This document shows, piece after piece, positions 60,669 through 64,000 of a DNA stretch of 64,000 nt (positions are counted from its first letter, which is position 1; the number at the start of each line of letters is the position of its first letter). A program made the translations under genes and the position numbers. The DNA comes from Planctomycetota bacterium (GTDB lineage Bacteria; Planctomycetota; GCA-002687715; DRQF01): positions 1 to 64,000 of the forward strand of contig JAZGFI010000206.1 of the NCBI GenBank assembly GCA_036479435.1. The letters are read 5' to 3'. The notes under the pieces were generated by a model. It made no database searches. It saw only the letters and a program-made list of their open reading frames with translations, and was not told the origin of the DNA.

Positions 60669-62855
60669 CTATCCGATCTTTCTTTTGACGACCGCCGACT
60701 GCCTTGGTTCGGGACAAGAGAAGGCGGCGGTGGCCTGAAGATAGATTTCGATGCCCGACACCGAGAGCGGGATTCCAGCGAGAAAGTTCGCCTCGCCATT
60801 AGCACCCGGCGACACAATTCCGACCAAGTGAAATGCGAGATCGGCGGCGACGTCGATGCCTAACTCGACGCACCAGCCAGGCGTTGAGGCTGCAAACACC
60901 GCCGGGCTCAATCCCCACAGCAAGGCCGTCGGAACTCCGGGTTCGCTGTGTACGGTCATTACCGCCGAGGCCCCCGATTGAAGCGTGGGCAAATCAAGCC
61001 CCAGTCGCGGCGGCGGCGCCACGGCGAAGGCAGCCAAGAGTCGGATGTAGGCAGCCTGGTAGGGAATGTGACACTCGGTGACTTCCCAGGAGTTCTGCGG
61101 CCAATTCGTGTTCCAGTCACGGTAGCTTTTTTGAATCGGCTGATTCTGTGGCGGCGACAAAACCGGCCCGGTGTAGGCCGATGCTGGCGCATAAGAGGGG
61201 TTGGGCCCGCCCGTCAAAAACCCCGGCGGCGGACCGTGCAAGGACGCACTAGCACTGTCCCAAATTGTGCCGTCGGCGAACCAAGCGTGATAGGTCTCAT
61301 TCACCGATCCGTCGGCACCGGCGGCCGACATGTTGGTGAGGTAGCAAAAGCCATTGGGGTTAAGCCCGTGGAGGTAGTGCAAATACCCCGCGGCGGCTTC
61401 GAGCCGCTGCTCGGCCCCTTGCCCGTCGCGGCCAAAGACGCTTAAAGCCAGATGAACCGATCCCTCCAAAGCCTTCGTCCGATTGCTGCCCCAAGTGTGG
61501 TCGGCATCGGCGAGCCAAGCGCGGTAGGCATCATCGCCCGCCAGTTGCGGCGGAAGGTGGTAGTTGGCGAGACTCCCCTCGTAGGCGGCAAAGATATCGG
61601 CGGCCACCGTGGGCGTCGCCCCCGGCAAGGTCGCGTAGAGGAGCAGGGCTTCGTTCAGCTCTTGTTCATACATCGAAGCCCAATTCACCTGCAGCAAAGT
61701 TAGTTGCTGGTAGTTCGCTTCGACAAAGTTCTTGTAGGCCGCAAGCCCCGTCCGGCGATAAAGCCAAACCGCCGCGCGCACCCGATTGGCGGTTTGCCAG
61801 TACGCCGAGTCTTCAGCGGAGACGTTCACAAAACCCGTGTTGTCGTAACTTGAAGGCACGAGGCCCGGATTGGCGTCGAGCCAGGCCCAGGCCGAAAGCG
61901 CGGCTTGATCCAAGACCGCGGCAAAACTCGACGTCACAAACAGACGAGCGAAGGCCTCGGCCGCTCGTGCGAAAACGCCGCAAGCAGAAATCGTCGCCGA
62001 CGCCGTTGCGGGGGCATAGCGCCGCGGGCCAATGTCCGCGCTCGGCGGGCTGGATGCACTAAAGTCGGTCACCGAGACTTTGTGCAGCAAAGACCCATCG
62101 GCATTCTGCATCTTGAGCAGCCACTCAAGCTCGTGGCGGATCTCGTCCAGTAAGTCCGGCACGTCGTTTCCGGACTCGGGAAGGTCCCAGTTATCGGGCC
62201 AAGCCGCGGGTGCCAGTTCATAGGCAGCCAAAAGCCCGTGGAGTGCATCGTCAGCGAAATTCACGTACTTGTTGTAGTCACCCGCGTCGTGCCAACCGCC
62301 AGAAAGATCTCTGGAGGTCGAAGCCACTGGGTTCAGAACACTTCGACAATCAAGATCTTGCTCAGCCCCAAGATGGCAGGCGCCGTCATTCCAAGCGCCA
62401 TCGACAAAGGGCGTGCTTTTCGCCACGCCGCATCGTTGATGAAGATACATGCGCACCGCATCCCGCAGGACAGGTGCGTAGACACCGGACGCGATCTCAA
62501 AGGGCTCGGAGCTTTCTCCCGACGCCACATCAACCACCACGAACTCGCCTAGTTCCTCGAGGGCACTAAAGTCGAACCACCACACCCGGTCACCAGATTG
62601 CGCATGCACCGCACCACCATTCCAGGCCGTAGCGGCACCCGTCCAAGCAACGCTGCCATTCATCCTTCGCACTTCGATCACGGCCCCCGGCGTAAAGGAT
62701 CCACTCGCATCAAACCCAATCACCGGGTCGCGCAACACGGCAATCTTTTTGGCCAGCGGCCGGTAGCCAAACTGATCGATGCGGATGTAGGGAGAGGCCG
62801 ATTGAGCCAACAGACCGGCCGCGAAGAGGCAGGAAAGGATCGCAAAACGAATCAT
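60669..62855 (-). CDS. Glycoside hydrolase family 9 with N-terminal Ig domain and C-terminal domain
   Basis: IDQFGY.P.AKKIAV, DLSGGWHDAGDYNKY, H...GGPN, SWEVTE..I.YQAAY. Confidence 0.88.
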   Translation of the reverse strand: MIRFAILSCLFAAGLLAQSASPYIRIDQFGYRPLAKKIAVLRDPVIGFDASGSFTPGAVIEVRRMNGSVAWTGAATAWNGGAVHAQSGDRVWWFDFSALEELGEFVVVDVASGESSEPFEIASGVYAPVLRDAVRMYLHQRCGVAKSTPFVDGAWNDGACHLGAEQDLDCRSVLNPVASTSRDLSGGWHDAGDYNKYVNFADDALHGLLAAYELAPAAWPDNWDLPESGNDVPDLLDEIRHELEWLLKMQNADGSLLHKVSVTDFSASSPPSADIGPRRYAPATASATISACGVFARAAEAFARLFVTSSFAAVLDQAALSAWAWLDANPGLVPSSYDNTGFVNVSAEDSAYWQTANRVRAAVWLYRRTGLAAYKNFVEANYQQLTLLQVNWASMYEQELNEALLLYATLPGATPTVAADIFAAYEGSLANYHLPPQLAGDDAYRAWLADADHTWGSNRTKALEGSVHLALSVFGRDGQGAEQRLEAAAGYLHYLHGLNPNGFCYLTNMSAAGADGSVNETYHAWFADGTIWDSASASLHGPPPGFLTGGPNPSYAPASAYTGPVLSPPQNQPIQKSYRDWNTNWPQNSWEVTECHIPYQAAYIRLLAAFAVAPPPRLGLDLPTLQSGASAVMTVHSEPGVPTALLWGLSPAVFAASTPGWCVELGIDVAADLAFHLVGIVSPGANGEANFLAGIPLSVSGIEIYLQATAAFSCPEPRQSAVVKRKIG

Positions 62856-62891
62856 GGGATCTCTCGAAACGGGTGAAGGCGCTAGGCGACT

Positions 62892-64000
62892 TTAGCCAAA
62901 ACCGAGCAGGGCCGCGGCCACCGAAGCGACAACACACCACACGACGACCCAAATCGGAGATACTCGCCACTTCCACAACAGGGCAAGTCCAGCCAATCCA
63001 ATCAAGAGATCGACTGGCCCGCGCACCGAGCTTTTCCAAATAGGATCGTAGAGGGCTGCCGCCAAAAGCCCCACGACCGCTGCATTCACGCCCGCGATCA
63101 CCCGTGCCGCGGCGGGCCGCCCTGCAAAGGCCCGCCACATCGGCAAGACCCCAGAGACCAACAAGAACCCCGGCAACATGATCGATGCCAGCGCCACTGA
63201 GGCCCCCAAAACGCCCCCCAAGGCCCCGGGTAGTCGCGCCCCCAAGTAAGACGACAGCGTGAACATTGGCCCCGGCACTGCCTGCGCCGCCCCATACCCC
63301 GCCAAGAATTCATCCGCTGAAACCCAACCGGGCTTCACCACGGCTTCTTCCAGCAAAGGCAGAACAACGTGGCCGCCACCAAACACCAGAGCACCGGCGC
63401 GATAAAAGGCTTCCGAAACCGCAAGCAGTCCATCCTGACCTCGCGCCAGCCAAGGCAAGCCAAACAGCAACAAGACGAAAGTCGCCAGCAAGCCGATACC
63501 CACCGGCGCTCCATAACGCAAAGACCAACCGCCTTTGGTCAGAGGTTTCGCGGCTCGACAAAAAAAGAGCCCGGCCACCCCGCCCAAGGCCACCACCAAG
63601 ATTTGCACCCAGGCCTGCGCCAAAACGACAAGGGCCGCGACCGCCAAAATCGCCAGCGCCCGCCGGGTGAGATCGGGACAGAGCTTCCGCGTCATCCCAA
63701 TCACCCCTTGGGCCACGACCGCCAGCGCCACGAGCTTCAAGCCATGCACCGCCGCCTCGCCAACAGGGCCCGAGATCTTTGGCAAGAAAACCGCAAAGGC
63801 ATACAGCAACAAAGCCGAGGGCAAAGTGAAGGCCAAAAACGCGACCAGCGCACCCAGCCAGCCCGCGCGCAACAACCCCAGACTGAAACCAACCTGACTA
63901 CTCGCCGGGCCCGGAAGGAACTGGCACAAAGCCAAGAGTTGCGCGTACTGGCTATCGTCGAGCCACTTCCTCTTTTCAACCAGCTCCCGACGAAAGTAGC
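62892..64000 (-). CDS. chrA: Chromate efflux transporter, 5' end beyond window
   Basis: CQFLPGPASSQ, FGGGHVVLP, AQAVPGP.F, GVNAAVVG. Confidence 0.9.
   Translation of the reverse strand, partial: YFRRELVEKRKWLDDSQYAQLLALCQFLPGPASSQVGFSLGLLRAGWLGALVAFLAFTLPSALLLYAFAVFLPKISGPVGEAAVHGLKLVALAVVAQGVIGMTRKLCPDLTRRALAILAVAALVVLAQAWVQILVVALGGVAGLFFCRAAKPLTKGGWSLRYGAPVGIGLLATFVLLLFGLPWLARGQDGLLAVSEAFYRAGALVFGGGHVVLPLLEEAVVKPGWVSADEFLAGYGAAQAVPGPMFTLSSYLGARLPGALGGVLGASVALASIMLPGFLLVSGVLPMWRAFAGRPAAARVIAGVNAAVVGLLAAALYDPIWKSSVRGPVDLLIGLAGLALLWKWRVSPIWVVVWCVVASVAAALLGFG

Overview
GC-rich bacterial chromosomal window, most likely from an uncultured Planctomycetota-type organism (inferred from gene content: CRTAC1/ASPIC-UnbV plus TPR pair, DUF1573 protein, hpnH, many Sec-secreted modular proteins). 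It carries housekeeping genes (mog, mutM, dihydroorotase, M17/M18 aminopeptidases, EF-P-like protein, Glu dehydrogenase), a boxR-boxC-boxB benzoyl-CoA epoxidation cluster without boxA, a CusABC-type heavy-metal efflux operon with two outer-membrane factors, and secreted enzymes (M64 peptidase, EcxA-type metalloprotease, GH9). The main observation is a family of four secreted paralogues arranged as two tandem pairs facing each other. They share a ~380-aa core whose motifs align by eye with the lysyl-oxidase catalytic domain, keeping the LTQ Lys/Tyr positions but lacking the HxHxH copper triad, and they carry swapped C-terminal modules. These and three unrelated secreted proteins end in a similar C-terminal motif (candidate sorting signal), and 11 signal peptides place Gln at +1. 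Also present: a candidate structured sRNA/micropeptide locus, two families of short intergenic repeats, an 11-bp VNTR, a candidate BoxR operator and several gene remnants. No rRNA, tRNA, CRISPR array or intact mobile element was seen. All family calls come from motif recognition without database searches.
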